DNA of 64,000 nt from Octopus sinensis (GCF_006345805.1 NC_042999.1:161014001-161078000), one strand, 5' to 3'. Shown: positions 24,203 to 37,743, counted from the stretch's first letter. Made by a program: numbers and translations. Notes: generated by a model not told the origin, from the letters alone.

Positions 24203-24699
24203 TAATATATAAAATAGAGATGTGTGTGTATCTTCCACGCGAAAACGGCTTCACTAATTGCTTCCACACTTGTGATGCATGAATAATTTGACCTCGGACA
24301 TATGTTAGGCTCTTCATTAGATTTTTTAAAATTAAAAATAAAAAAAAATATCGCTTTTTATATTACATTCACGTATTTGAAAGTTTTTTTTTAATATTTA
24401 CTTCCGGTTTTCTAGCGTCAGTGACGTAACAACTACACGTAAATAAAGGAACATCTAAATTTTTAGGAACTACGTTTTTTGTACATTATTTACATTATTT
24501 ACATTTGACGGATATTTGTCCTCATCTTGTTTGTTGTTAACATCAGGTGTCTTGGGTTCTCATTCCTAAGGTATTTTTCGATGTTGTTGTTGTTGTTATT
24601 ATTATTATTATTATTATTATATTATTATCATCATCATCATTATTATTTATATGTGTGTGTATATGTGTGTGTGTGCATGTATGTATATGTATATACCTC

Positions 24700-25350
24700 T
24701 CCTCTCTTGCTCAGACACCTACTTTTCCTCTTCACTCCTACCCACCTACTGACTTCCACCCCCTCCCTTCATCGCCATCCCTCCCTCGTTACCCCACACC
24801 TACACATTCCAACCCCAACATCCCTGTACATCCCACCCCACCCCATCCCTTACACCCCACACTTGCTTCTCCATTCTCGCCTCTCAACACCCCAACACCA
24901 TCACACCACACTACACACCACCACACCACACACTACCATACCACACCACATCACACCACCCCGCACACACTAGCACTGACCACTTCCCGGCACCCACACC
25001 ATCATCCATACACCTACGCATGCACGCACGCAAACGTCAAGGTCACCAGCCCCCTTCCACACACACACACACACACGCTCTCACATACGCACACACACCT
25101 TTGTTTTGTGATCAACACTACTTTATTACCTCCCCTTCTTCCTAGCTCTCCTTTGTGGCCCCTCAGTCCGGCATTCGCCAGGATAGATCGCTAAACCACT
25201 AAACCCTTTTTTATTTTCTCTGCCTGTTTATTTCTGTGTTCCTTTCTGTCGAAGAGCGTAGGCTCGAAACGAGCGTTAAACTAATAGATTCGTTTGTTGT
25301 TTACACACCCGTCTTCGTCTTTTGTTTTTTTTTTGTAAATTCTCACTATA
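24700..25350 (+). mobile_element. Penelope-like element 3' region (CA-rich UTR + terminal motif), related to 41086-42280
   Basis: Terminal GAAGAGCGTAGGCTCGAAACG..GAGCGTTAAACTAATA..TTGTTGTTTACACACC..CTATA shared with 42150-42280. Confidence 0.6.
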
Positions 25351-25416
25351 TGTAGGTATATATGTATATGTATATATATATATGTATGCATATATGTATG
25401 TATGTATGTATGTATG

Positions 25417-25472
25417 TCACGTGATCACGTGACCGACCAGACCATCAGATGTTACACATCGCTGGTCACAAT
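25417..25472 (-). mobile_element. SINE family C tail type 2 fragment
   Basis: TCACGTGATCACGTGACCGACCAGACCATCAGATG, as at 37941. Confidence 0.7.
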
Positions 25473-26395
25473 TCTTGTTTCAAAATAAATCAACAAAATC
25501 CGGGTGTCTGATGGGAAAAGAAAAGATATTTTCTAAATCAGTTCAGCAAAGTTCACCAAATGAAGTCGTTTGGGTGAGGTGCGAAGAAAAGAAAATTTAA
25601 ACGTTTCCAGTTTTACGCGAAAGCCAACTTTAGTTGACCAAGCAGAATAATCACACCTGTTTATGAATAACCATTACAGTTTCAGCTGTAATTGTTTGGC
25701 CAGTTTTTATTTAATTAAGCATCTACTGACCATCTCAACAATTCACAGAGATTAAAGGTCAAGGGACTTGATTGGGTCACAAGTTTTTCGGTTGTCACTT
25801 AGACATGACTTAATCAATAAGTGGAAACGCTTTCCCCGTCATCTCTGCATCAATGGCGGTTCAATATATAACTCTCTCTCTTCCTCCCTCCCCCTCCCTC
25901 ACATCCCACTCCCTCCCTCCCCCTCTCCTCCCCTTCCCCCTCTTTCTCTTCTCTTTGTCACAATTTACAACGATGCAGGGAAGGAGGAGGTAGAGGAAGA
26001 AGAAAGGAAGAAAGGCAGGAAGAAGAAGATGATGATGATTATGATAGTGATGATGATGAGGAGGAGGAAGAGGATGGAAGGGGATGACGATGACGACGAC
26101 GGCAACTGCCTACATCACCGTCGCCGCCACGAAGACCACCACCACCACCATCACTATCACCTCCATCACTATCACCTCCATCACCATCAACAACTCCAAA
26201 ACCACCGCCACCACCATCACCAGCAGCATCAAAACTTCCGGCACCAGCACCATCGCAACCCTAACCCTAACCCTACCACTGCCACAACCACCACCACGGC
26301 TACCATCACCGCAGCTACCATCACCACGGCTACCGCCACTACAGCCCCCCCATCACCACCACCGCCTCCCACCAACAACAACATGACGAACAATA

Positions 26396-26621
26396 CCTAT
26401 TTCTTTACTACCCACAAGGGGCTAAACACAGAGAGGACAAACAAAGACAGACAAACGGATTGAGACGATTATCTCGACCCCAGTGCGTAACTGGTACTTA
26501 ATTTATCGACCCCGAAAGGATGAAAGGCAAAGTCGACCTCGGCGGAATTTGAACTCACAACGTATCGGCAGACGAAATACGGCAACGCATTTCGCCCGGC
26601 GCGCTAACGTTTCTGCCAGCT
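26396..26621 (-). mobile_element. SINE family B
   Basis: Reverse complement of 28852-29085. Confidence 0.85.
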
Positions 26622-26865
26622 AATATCTTCCACACGGCTGCTGTACATCCAGCCCCAGACTACGTCTATTAGCGATAGCCTCGTCGACCAAAGTAACCAT
26701 TCAACTACGAATAGTTCATTACGGAAAGCATTCTCACAGTGTATACCTACATATCTACATTCACACAGATACCACGCAGACGACACAAAAACTCACCACC
26801 ATGCACAAACGCGCACGCACATATGATTGCATGATGCATTGTTAATATTCAGCACAAGATATCCC

Positions 26866-27282
26866 GGATCTTTTCGGTTTGAACGGCAGTTTTTTCTAGC
26901 GGTGTCATATGAAATTGTCACCCATAATTATGACCCTAGTATCGATCTATTGTATTTCAATCTGTTTTAGGGTTAGGGTTAGGGGTGGGGGAAAGGGTAT
27001 CCTTTTTTTCTCCACAAATGTAAATAAACCCAATCTGTTTCTTAAACGAGGGACATATTCATACGACACAGAATGCTTTTTAACTCAATAGACGTCATTG
27101 ATTGGTTGAAATTGCAGAAATTGAAGAAAAAAACAACAAATATCTTACACTCTATAGAATTTTCTCAATAAAGCCAAGAGAAAAAGATGTTTTATAAACA
27201 CATTCTACCAGTATACGAAGTTTTAAATTTTTTAGTAACCTAGAAATCATGTTAAAAACTGCCGTTCAAACCGAAATGATCC
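26866..27282. mobile_element. MITE, second copy of the GGATC-TIR family (opposite orientation)
   Basis: TIRs; TSD GATATCCC/GATACCCC; internal TTAGGG repeats. Confidence 0.88.
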
Positions 27283-27507
27283 GATACCCCTGATCGAACT
27301 GACAAGACAAAATAGATTGCCACTTTGAGAATCCCTTCTTTATCCTAGGCATAGTGTAACTAGAACTAATCTAACGCAAGGGAGATTTGTTTGCTATTTC
27401 TAGCATATCGAGAGATCACTTCGTAGCTTGTCCCTTTGCTCATTTTGCATGCTAAATGAACAATAGCGTCGTTGCAGATATTTACATATACACCTCTCTC
27501 TTTCTCT

Positions 27508-27715
27508 CTTTTACTTGTTTCAGTCATTTGACTGCGGCCATGCTGGAGCACCGCCTTTAATCGAGCAATTCGACCCCGGTACTTATTCTTTTGTAAGCCC
27601 AGTACTTATTCTATCGGACTCTTTTGCCGAACCGCTAAGTAACGGGGGCGTAAACACACCAGCATCGGTTGTCAAGCAATGCTAGGGGGACAAACAGACA
27701 CACAAACACACACGC

Positions 27716-27747
<32 letters not shown>

Positions 27748-27911
27748 ACGACGGGCTTCTTTCAGTTTCCGTCTACCAAATCCACTCACAAGGCTTTGGT
27801 CGGCCCGAGGCTATAGTAGAAGACACTTGCCCAAGGTACCACGCAGTGGGACTGAACCCGGAACCATGTGGTTGGTAAGCAAGCTACTTACCACACAGCC
27901 ACTCCGACGCC
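27508..27911 (-). mobile_element. SINE family A
   Basis: Full-length match. Confidence 0.9.
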
Positions 27912-28075
27912 TATTGTGTACGGACGTTTTTTTTTTATTCTTTCATTTATTTGTGATTTTGGCTACGTTGGATCATTATCACTATGTCAATGTTGAACGA
28001 GGGCAACCCCCTCTCCCTCTCTCTCTCTCTCTCTCTCTCAATTCTCTTTGTTCCGCCTTCACTTCTTTAACCAAA

Positions 28076-28455
28076 GGCGCAATGGCCCAGTGGTTAGGGC
28101 AGCGGACTCGCGGTCGTTGGATCGCGGTTTCGATTCCGAGACCGGGCGTTGTGAGTATTTATTGAGCGAAAACACCTAAAAGCTCCACGAGGCTCCGGCA
28201 GGGGATGGTGGTGATCCCTGCTGTACTCTTTCACCACAACTTTCTCTCACTCTTACTTCCTGTTTCTGTTGTGCCTCTATTTCAAAGGGCCGGCCTTGTC
28301 ACTCTCTGTGTCACGCTGAATATCCCCGAGAACTACGTTAAGGGTACACGTGTCTGTGGAGTGCTCAGCCACTTACACGTTAATTTCAAGAGCAGGCTGT
28401 TCCGTTGATCGGATCAACCAGAACCCTCATCGTCGTAACCGACGGAGTGCTTCCA
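28076..28455 (+). mobile_element. SINE family C (tail type 1), full length
   Basis: tRNA-like head GGCGCAATGGCCCAGTGGTTAGG...GGTTTCGATTCC; copies at 21490 and 45947. Confidence 0.9.
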
Positions 28456-28794
28456 CCACACCGCATATTAGATGTACACAATACAGAAATGTATTCATAT
28501 GTATTTACATACATGCGCATGCCTTACGCAACAAATATATTTACTTATATATTTAGAATATTTATCAAATTTTTATAAACCTCATTTTGGTCAGTTATTT
28601 TTATGACTGTCTCAAATTGCAAAGTTTTTAAAACATCAAATAACGAGATAATACTGCTTTGAAGTGGCAATGCCTGATTCAGAGGAAACAATTGTGAATA
28701 CTTCAGTTTCTTCTGTTATTGCTTTAAGGAGTAAAACGACGACTGGCAGAATCATCAGAGCGTCGGGGGCGAATTTCAGTGACATTTCTTTTAA

Positions 28795-29430
28795 GGCTGG
28801 CAGAGTTGTTAGCAGGTCGGGCAAAGTACTTAGCGGTAATTCCTCCGTCTAGGCGGCGAGCTGACAGAAACGTTAGCACGCCGGGCGAAATGCTTAGCGG
28901 TATTTCGTCTGCCGCTACGTTCTGAGTTCAAATTCCGCTGAGGTCGACTTTGCCTTTCATCCTTTCGGGGTCGATAAATCAAGTACCAGTTGCGCACTGG
29001 GGTCGATGTAATCGACTTAATACCTATGTCTGTCCTTGTTTGTCCCCTCTGTGTTTAGCCCCTTGTAGGGTAATAAAGAAATAGGTATTTCGTCTGCCGC
29101 TACGTTCTGAGTTCAAATTCCGCTGAGGTTGACTTTGCCTTTCATCCTTTCGGGGTCGATTAAATAAGTACCAGTTACGCACTGGGGTCGATATAATCGA
29201 CTTAATCCGTTTGTCTGTCCTTATCCGTCCCCTCTGTGTTTAGCCCCTTGTAGGTAGTAAAGAAATAGGTAATTCCTCCGCCTTCATGTTCTGAGTTCAA
29301 ATTCCGCCGATGTCGACTTTGCCTTTTATCCTTTGGGACCGATAAAATAAGTACCAGTTGAGCACTGGGGCTGAATTAATCGACTAGCTCCTACCCCAAG
29401 ATTTCAAGCCTTGTGTCTATAGTAGAAAGG
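28795..29430 (+). mobile_element. SINE family B cluster with tandemly reiterated body (~3x)
   Basis: TTCTGAGTTCAAATTCCGC at ~28920, 29106, 29289. Confidence 0.85.
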
Positions 29431-29449
29431 ATTATTATAATTAACTCTA

Positions 29450-29980
29450 GGGTGGAGAACTGGTAGAACCGTTATCGACAAAATGCTCATCACGTTCTGA
29501 GTTCAAATTCCGCCGAGTCGACTTTAGTCTTTCATACTTCCCTCAAAAATGATGACTGGACTTGTGTCAAAAATGTAAAGCAATTATTATCGTAGTCAAT
29601 TCTAGCGTGGAAAGTGGCAGAATCATTACCGCGTTGGAACAAGATGTTCTGCTGCATTTCTTCCGGTTCATTGTTTCAAATTCCGCCAGAGCCAACTTTG
29701 CATTCCATCCCTCTGAACGCGAAGAAACAGTACCAACCAAGTACTGCGGGCGATGTAATCGAGTAACTTCCCTTGAAAACTCGTGGCCTTCTTCCTGGAT
29801 CCGAAACAGTTATTACAACTAACTGAAGCGCGGCAAGCGAGAAGAATCTTTTCACTGTTTGTTCCGGTTTTCTGCGTCCTGAGATCAAATATAGCCAAAA
29901 TCAATTTTATCTTTCATCCTCTTAGGGCTTGATAAAATAAGTATCAGTGAAATCCTGGGTCGATTTAATCGACTAAAACC
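29450..29980 (+). mobile_element. Older degenerate SINE B fragments
   Basis: Partial matches at ~29495, 29675, 29880. Confidence 0.55.
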
Positions 29981-30265
29981 CTCGTGTTTATGATTGACAC
30001 AATTACTGTTATTCCATCGTTACGTATTGAGCGTTTTTTCGTTATATTTACATTCACAGAAACATACGCACACATAAATACAAACTAACACATATGAAGG
30101 CGAATGACATGTACACATACGCGCCAAAAAGTATGTATACACACATACCTGTACACACACAAACGCACACACATAAAGGTAGATAGATATGAATATATAC
30201 CAATGTATGTATGTATACATACACACACATATATTTATATACATATCTATACATACATACAAACG

Positions 30266-31537
30266 TACTTGTTGAGGGAAAATTTCGTGCGCCGTGTTAA
30301 AATAATGATTTTTTATGCAGGAATTTATTTAAAAACAACAACAAATGTTCTTGAAAATAAAGACCATCATTTTCCACGACCTTCTGCCAACGATCTGCAG
30401 GCTTTCGGATTTGGTCAAAGTACCAATCCTCCAAAGTACCTCAATGTTAAGAAAACGAAGATCATGTCAACAGCAGCCACAACAAACATCAGCATCAAGA
30501 TCAATAATGAAGAGATCGAAGAGATGGTTGATGATTTCATCTTCCTTGGCCCCAAATTAAATCGAGATGGTGACTGCACTCCAGAAATAAGACGGCGGAT
30601 AGTACTAGGCAGAGAGGCAATAGTCAGCATGAGCAGGGTCTGGAAGAGTAGAGACATCAGACTCGCTACCAAATGCAGATTGGTGAATGCAATTGTCTTC
30701 CCAATAGCAACATATGGATGCGAGACCTGGACACTAAAGAAGCTGACCAGAAGAGAATTAATGCATTCGAACTTTAGTGTTGGAGAAGACTTTTACGGAT
30801 TCCATGGACAGCGAGGCTCACCAATGGAGAAGTTCTTAAGCAGATCAGGCCGAAAATGTCGCTAGAAGCTAGGATCACCAAACATAGATTGGCATATTTC
30901 GGTCATATTATGCGGAGAAAATCCCCGGAGAAGGACATCATGCTCGGAATGGGCAGTGGCAAGAGAGGAAGAGGCCGACCAAGAACCCGCTGGCTTGACA
31001 CCATCAAGAGTGATACCGGAATGGACAAAGCCAATCCGAAAGAAGCGGCCCAGGATAGAACTGACTGGAGGACACTGATCCAACGAGTGACCGAGAGTCG
31101 ACTTCGACTGAGCGGATAGATAGATAGACCAATCCTTCGGCTTTGAATCGAAAATTTTTTGACAGGCTTCTTTAACTTCATCGAATGACAGAAATCGGCG
31201 ACCTTTCATAAAGTGTTGCATTGATCGGAAGAGACCGTAGTCAGATGGAGCAAGGTCTGGACGACGGGCTGGATGCGGCAGAACATCCACACCGTCCAAT
31301 TCTTCGATTTTGTTGCTGGTCTTTCTGGCGGTATGCGGCTTTGTATTGTCTTGTTGAAACAAAGCGCGATTTCATAATAGCTACATTGTTATGAACACAA
31401 CTCAATAGTCATCAAAAACACATACACAGTGAGTCACCATTGAACATGACATGAACTGAACACACACACACCATAAAAATATATATAAAAAAAGCATTAT
31501 TTTAACACGGCGCACGAACTTTTCCCTCAACCTAATA
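30266..31537 (-). mobile_element. Internally deleted mariner element with both TIRs, interrupted by an RTE LINE
   Basis: TIRs GTTGAGGGAAAA(T/G)TTCGTGCGCCGTGTTAAAATAATG; transposase FQQDNTKPH..HP...PDLAPSDY..F...KDW|YFDQIRK..RWQKVVENDG.YF continues across the insert. Confidence 0.9.
30431..31127 (+). mobile_element. RTE-clade LINE 3' fragment with (TAGA)n tail
   Basis: LNVKKTKIM, FIFLG, EIRRRI, YGCETWTL, LAYFGHIMR, GKRGRGRPRTRW; TSD ACCAATCCT at 30422 and 31128. Confidence 0.92.
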
Positions 31538-31588
31538 TATATGAAGTCAACATGGGAGGGACAAGTTTTAACAAATGTATGTTTAACG

Positions 31589-31660
<72 letters not shown>

Positions 31661-31709
31661 GTGTGTGTGTGTATACGTATCTATATATACATATATATAT
31701 ATATGTATA

Positions 31710-32189
31710 CTCTTTTACTCTTTTACTTGTTTCAGTCATTTGACTGCAGCCATGCTGGAGCACCGCCTTTTGTCGAGCAAATCGACAGCGGGACTTATTC
31801 TTTTGTAAGCCCAGTACTTATTCTATCGGTCTCTTTTGCCGAACCGCTAAGTGACGGGGACGTAAACACACCAGCATCGGTTGTCAAGTAATGCTAAGGG
31901 AACAAAACAGACACACAAACACACACACACAAACACACACACACACACACCACACACACACACAACACATATAATAATATATATATATATATATATAATA
32001 TATATATATATATAATATATATATATACATATATACGACAGGCTTCTTTCAGTTTCCGTCTACCAAATCCACTCATAAGGCATTGGTCGACCCGGGGCTA
32101 TAGCAGAAGACATTTGCCCGAGATGCCACGCAGTGGGACTGAACCCGGAACCATGTGGTTGGTTAGCAAGCTACTTACCACACAGCCAC
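31710..32189 (-). mobile_element. SINE family A
   Basis: Full-length match. Confidence 0.9.
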
Positions 32190-32204
32190 GTATATCTATG
32201 TATG

Positions 32205-32238
<34 letters not shown>

Positions 32239-33155
32239 TACACAGAATGAAAGAGAGAGAGAGAGAGATCAATATATATGGATCTCACTTTCTCTCTGTA
32301 TATGTCTAAGTATATGTATGTTTATATATATATATATTTGTATACACACACACATATATGTACACATATATAATTCATAGACACTTAAGGTAAAAATCAA
32401 CAAAGTGAAATTTCAACTGTGTCTCTCGTTAGCTTTCTTTATGTATTCCTAATCAGAAAGCTGCCATCTTGTCACGTCTAGTCAAACTAATATGATTCAG
32501 GGGAATTCGGCGACATTATAACCCCTTTGTCACTCTGGGGTGTAAAACTGGACACCGGAGATTCCAACATGTGATTACTGACCCAATAGACCAATTCCTA
32601 ATTTGAAGAAACGCTCAAATGAACAGAGAAAAGTATCGGTCATTTAGAAGGTTTGAGTTAATAGATTTGTCTGTGTGTACGTGTATTAGATGGGAGTATG
32701 CGACAGTGCGTGCGCACGCGTGTGTGTGTGCTGTGTAAATTTACGCGCTGTGTTGGCTTTTTGTGTGTATGAAAATAGAATGGTGAGTATATTTGTTTGG
32801 TTTTGCACGTGGAGTAAGCATCATAACTGAATGTTAGGAAGCAGTGGGTATATGCATGTATGTATGCATGTATGTATGTATAGTATGTATGCATGCATGT
32901 ATGTATGTATGTATGTATGTATGTTTGTATGTATGTATGTATGTATGTATGTATGTATGTATGTGTATGTATGCATGTATGTATGTATGTATGTATGTAT
33001 GTATGTATGTATGTATGTATGTATGTGTGTGTGTGTGTATGTATGTATGTATGCATGTATGTATATCAGACATAGAGGCATGCATATATGCATACGTACA
33101 TAAGTACATACACGCATACTTAGATATATGCATGCATGCGCACTCATGCAATCTT

Positions 33156-33474
33156 CCGCCTTTAGTCGAGCAAATCGACCCCGGGACTTATTCTTTGTAA
33201 GCCCAGTACTTATTCTATCGGTCTCTTTTGTCAAACCGCTAAGTGACGGGGACGTAAACACACCAGCATCGGTTGTCAAGTAATGCTAGGGGGACAAACA
33301 CACAAACACAAACACACACTTCTTTCAGTTTCCGTCTACCAAATCCACTCACAAGGCATTGGTCGGCCCGAGGCTATAGCAGAAGATACTTGCCCAAGAT
33401 GCCACGCAGTGGGACTGAACCCGGAACCATGTGGTTGGTTAGCAAGCTACTTACCACACAGCTACTGCTGCGCC
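33156..33474 (-). mobile_element. SINE family A (3'-truncated)
   Basis: Match to family. Confidence 0.88.
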
Positions 33475-33556
33475 TACTGGATGTCTATATAATTTCGTTT
33501 GCGTGCATGTATATTCCAGTTACTATTTGTACGCGTAAGTCAATGTGCATGAGAAA

Positions 33557-33657
<101 letters not shown>

Positions 33658-35776
33658 AATGTGTATAAGGGATTAGATTATATATGTGTATGAATATATA
33701 TATTTTAATTAGTTTGCATGAATATCTGCTAATGCACATGTATATGTGGACCAGATAATCAGTCAAATAATATGAGGCTTCTATTTTGTTAGAACCATTG
33801 TAATTTTCCAATAGGCTCAGGTAAATAACCATTAAAATGACCAGTGTATATAGCTGTGAATTGGAAGCGTATGGCATGGATAATACCTATCTGTAAGCAT
33901 TATTTCATTAGCTTGCTGTAAGTCTTATATTAGGTGCAGTACATAGCTTAGAGCGCAGTGAGTTCAGCTATGAAGGCTACCAAGCTCAGATTAACCTTTA
34001 TCCAAAATAAACAATGGTTTAGGGCAACAACAAAAAAAGTCGTCACGATAGAGCTCTTTTTTTTTTTTTTGCAATATTGGATTTACAGTAGTACAAATGA
34101 TAAAGTATAATACATAAAAATGAATGTTTAAAATTTATAATTTTTCGTCTTGTCTTAGTTGTGAGAAAATTATTTGTTTATATTGCGCATAACTATTTAG
34201 TGCTAAAGAAAAAAAAAAGCAGGTTACGTTTAATACAGTTGTGGGTCTGATATGGGGGATATAGTCAGGAAGAATACTAAATTTTTAATCTATTATTTCC
34301 CATTCAGCAATTATTAGTCCTTAATGTGTTATCAATCAGAAAATGGAAGGCTCGAGTGATGACATTAAAGGTTTGGCTTCATGTTTTATTTTATCTGTCC
34401 CATATGACAGCCCTTCAATAAACTGCAATATCACAGTTTCCAGGCTGCCTTCCGACCAAAGGATTAAGGTGGATATCATCCTATCACACACAAACACATA
34501 CACACACGCACACACGCATACATATGTGGGAATCTAACGAAATAAGGTATATTTATAAAACAAGAATTATTGTTAAATAAAAGATACTTCGAAGACTTTT
34601 GTATGGTAACTATTTATTTAAAGTTTAGTGCAACCACGGGCACCCCTTTTCATGAAGCGGGCTGCATGAGACGTGGATCACCATCAGGCTGGCAGCACTA
34701 CCAAAACTGCAAGTCACTCGGGCCGCAGTTTATTCATGATTGATGGATAAAGAAAAAGTTGATTGATTTTAAACAGCTGCCTTTTGTTGATCTGTGTTTT
34801 CTCTTTTCCACCTTAAAAATATCTTCTGCTTAAACTCTGTTAGCTTGAATTTCTACAAGACTCAAAGAAAATTATCTCAGTAAGAGGTCTTCTAATAAAA
34901 CTGACCTCCAATTTTTTCTCCAGTCACCGCAAGTAAGGTCTATAAACCAGTTTTAGGTAAACAGGGGGCATAATTAATATCACAGCAACATATACATGCA
35001 TCTATATTAAAAATAACTAGTAAAGTTGGCTATGAAATTGATAAAAAAATTCATATGAAATATAATGGTAGGGAAAGGAAAGAAGTGATAACATTAGAGG
35101 TGGTGATAACTTGAAGTAAATTAGATATCAATAAAAGAGCGAATACAACGACCAAAAGGACCGATAAAGATAGTGAAATGAAGGATACCTCCATCATTAA
35201 GCAAGGTACATGTTAATTCTGAATTTAAAGAGATCGAAGACATATTCAGTAGGAAAACAATGGAGGAAGTTTATTCCACTATTCAAATTTTCAGGAAAAA
35301 AAAAGAAAGAGCTTAGTGCATGGAACTTGCAGCGTGTTAACGAGACAATACGAAAGCTCGAAACTGATTCGCTAAATTCAAGGGACTGAGATCTGATAGG
35401 AAATTCCTGCACTGGTGGGACCAGGAAAAGACGCTCATTTAAAAGCCTTCCATAGAAGTAAAAATAGAAACTGGTTAGGCTTGCAACATCCTGGTGAGGA
35501 TAATTGGAGTGATGAAAAGAGCCCATCATCAACTAGACTACACATGGGGCAATACAGGGGGAAAATTATATGTGGGAAGTTATAAAGTCCAATTCCTAAC
35601 AAGGGACCGGATACGTTATTTTACATTAAATGCAAGTCGCTATGCAATATTGTTGAGTTGTTAAATTAATGAACTAATCAGTCATTCAACACTTGTGTAA
35701 TAATAATTGGGTATTCTACCAGCAGTATATTGGATAGATACTATCTCTTAGTTGGATTCACAACCTCTAACTTTGT

Positions 35777-35825
<49 letters not shown>

Positions 35826-36015
35826 TATATATATAAATATATATATATGCATATATGGGCACAGGACGTCACCACCTGTGCAAACAACATGAAATACGTA
35901 AAAATAGGACAAGCAAACACAGAGAAGGGACCCTTCATCAGTTGTCGGCTATCCATCTACTCCTCATTTCTAGCATTATATATATATACATATATATATA
36001 TATATAACGAGAAGG

Positions 36016-36059
<44 letters not shown>

Positions 36060-36082
36060 CGGGAATATATATATATATATTA

Positions 36083-36468
36083 GGCGCAGGCGTGGCTTGC
36101 TTCCCAGACACATGGTTCGGGTTCAGTGCCACACCGTGGCACCTTGGGCAAGTGTCTTCTGCTATGGCCTCGGGCCGACCTAAGCCTCGTGAGTGGACTT
36201 GATAGACCGAAACTGGAAGAAACCCGTCGTGCCTCTGTGTGTGTATATATATTTGTGTATCTGTGTTTGTCCCACCGCCGTCGCTTGACAACTGAAGCTG
36301 GTGTGTTTATGTTCCCGTAACTTAGCGGTTCGGCAAAAGGGACTGATAGAATGAGTACTAGGCTTGCAAAGAATAAGTCCTGGGGTCGATTTCTTCGACT
36401 AACACCTTTTAAGGCGGTACTCCAGCATGGCCGCAGTCAAATAACTGAAACAAGTAAAAGAATAAAAG

Positions 36469-36473
<5 letters not shown>
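36083..36473 (+). mobile_element. SINE family A (diverged subfamily)
   Basis: Match to family. Confidence 0.85.
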
Positions 36474-36508
<35 letters not shown>

Positions 36509-36875
36509 TGTATATACGTATGCACTCTGAATCGACTGAATGGAATCCCCTGGTAAACGTAGATCGAGCTTTTCTATGTTTTTGCACGTAGAAACCGAAA
36601 TGCCGACATGCTGTCAGGTATATTTTCCATAATTTCCATAATCGTTTATATAATAAACAAACATTCCCTTGGTTCAAAGGTTTGTATGAATTGGACAAAC
36701 ATTTGCTGGCATGTATGACCAGCTCTGTGCGTGCTCACACACACACACAAGCGGACGTGTACATGTGTGACTTTGTATGTGTGTATGTGTGTGTGCGTGT
36801 ACAAACATACATACATACATAAATACATACATACACATATATATGTATGTATGCATGCATGTATGTATGTATAGT

Positions 36876-37213
36876 GAAGGCGCATGGCTCAGTGGTTAGA
36901 GCGTCGAGCTTACGATCGTGAGGTTGTGAGCTCGAATCCCGGACCGGGCTGCGTGTTGTGTTCTTGAGCAAGGCACTTTATTTCACGTTGCTCCAGTTCA
37001 CTCAGCTGTAGAAATGAGTTGCGACGTCACAGGTGCCAAGCTGTACCGGCCCCTTTGCCTTTCCTCTGGACAACATCGGTGACGTGAAGAGGGGAAGTGG
37101 TATGCATGGGCGACTGCTGGTCTTCCATAAACAACGTTGCCCAGACTTGTGCCTAAGAGGGTAACTCTCTAGGTGCAATCCCATGGTCTGTGTCGTGACC
37201 GAAGGGGGGTCTC
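36876..37213 (+). mobile_element. SINE family D, full length
   Basis: tRNA-like head GGCGCATGGCTCAGTGGTTAGAGC...GCTCGAATCCC. Confidence 0.9.
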
Positions 37214-37408
37214 CGATGTATGTATGTATGTGTGTGTGTGTGTGTGTAAGTACAGGCGTGACTGTGTGGTCAGAAGTTTGCTTTCCAGCCATATGGTTCC
37301 GCGTTCAGTCCCACTGCGTAGTACCTAGGGATAGTGGCTTCTACTGTAGACAGTATTCTTTAGATACAAGCGTAGTTGGTGTATTTTTCTCATGAATTTT
37401 TTTTTTTA

Positions 37409-37743
37409 CCCCCTTCGGTCAGACACTGACCATGGGTTTTCACCTAGAGAGTTACCCTCTGAGGCACAAGTCTGGGCAAGGTTGTTTTATGGAAGACCAG
37501 CAGTTGCCCATGCATACCACTTCCCCTCTTCACGTCACCGATGTTGTCCAAGGGAAAGGCAAAGGGGCCGATACAGCTTGGCACCTGTGACGTCGCAACT
37601 CATTTCTACAGCTGAGTGAACTGGAGCAACGTGAAATAAAGTGCCTTGCTCAAGAACACAACACGCAGCCCGGTCCGGGATTCGAGCTCACAACCTCACG
37701 ATCGTAAGCTCGACGCTCTAACCACTGAGCCACGCGCCTTCAC
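37409..37743 (-). mobile_element. SINE family D
   Basis: Reverse complement of 36876-37213. Confidence 0.9.

Noticed and set aside
25768-26463. 231-aa His/Thr/Pro-rich ORF resembling a transcription-factor low-complexity region
   Set aside because: Built from simple repeats and ends in a SINE B; no domain.
27669-27878. Recurrent small ORFs (MSSNARGTN…, MPKVPRSGTEPGTMWLVSKLLTTQP…)
   Set aside because: Antisense translations of SINE A; recurrence reflects copy number, not a gene family.
28076-28150. tRNA genes at SINE C/D/A heads
   Set aside because: A/B boxes are present but continue into multi-copy SINE bodies; no complete cloverleaf or terminator established.
35858-35978. CTGATGA on the minus strand of a short insert within (TA)n
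   Set aside because: No downstream GAAA and helix III in proper register; may be a PLE end but is unsupported.
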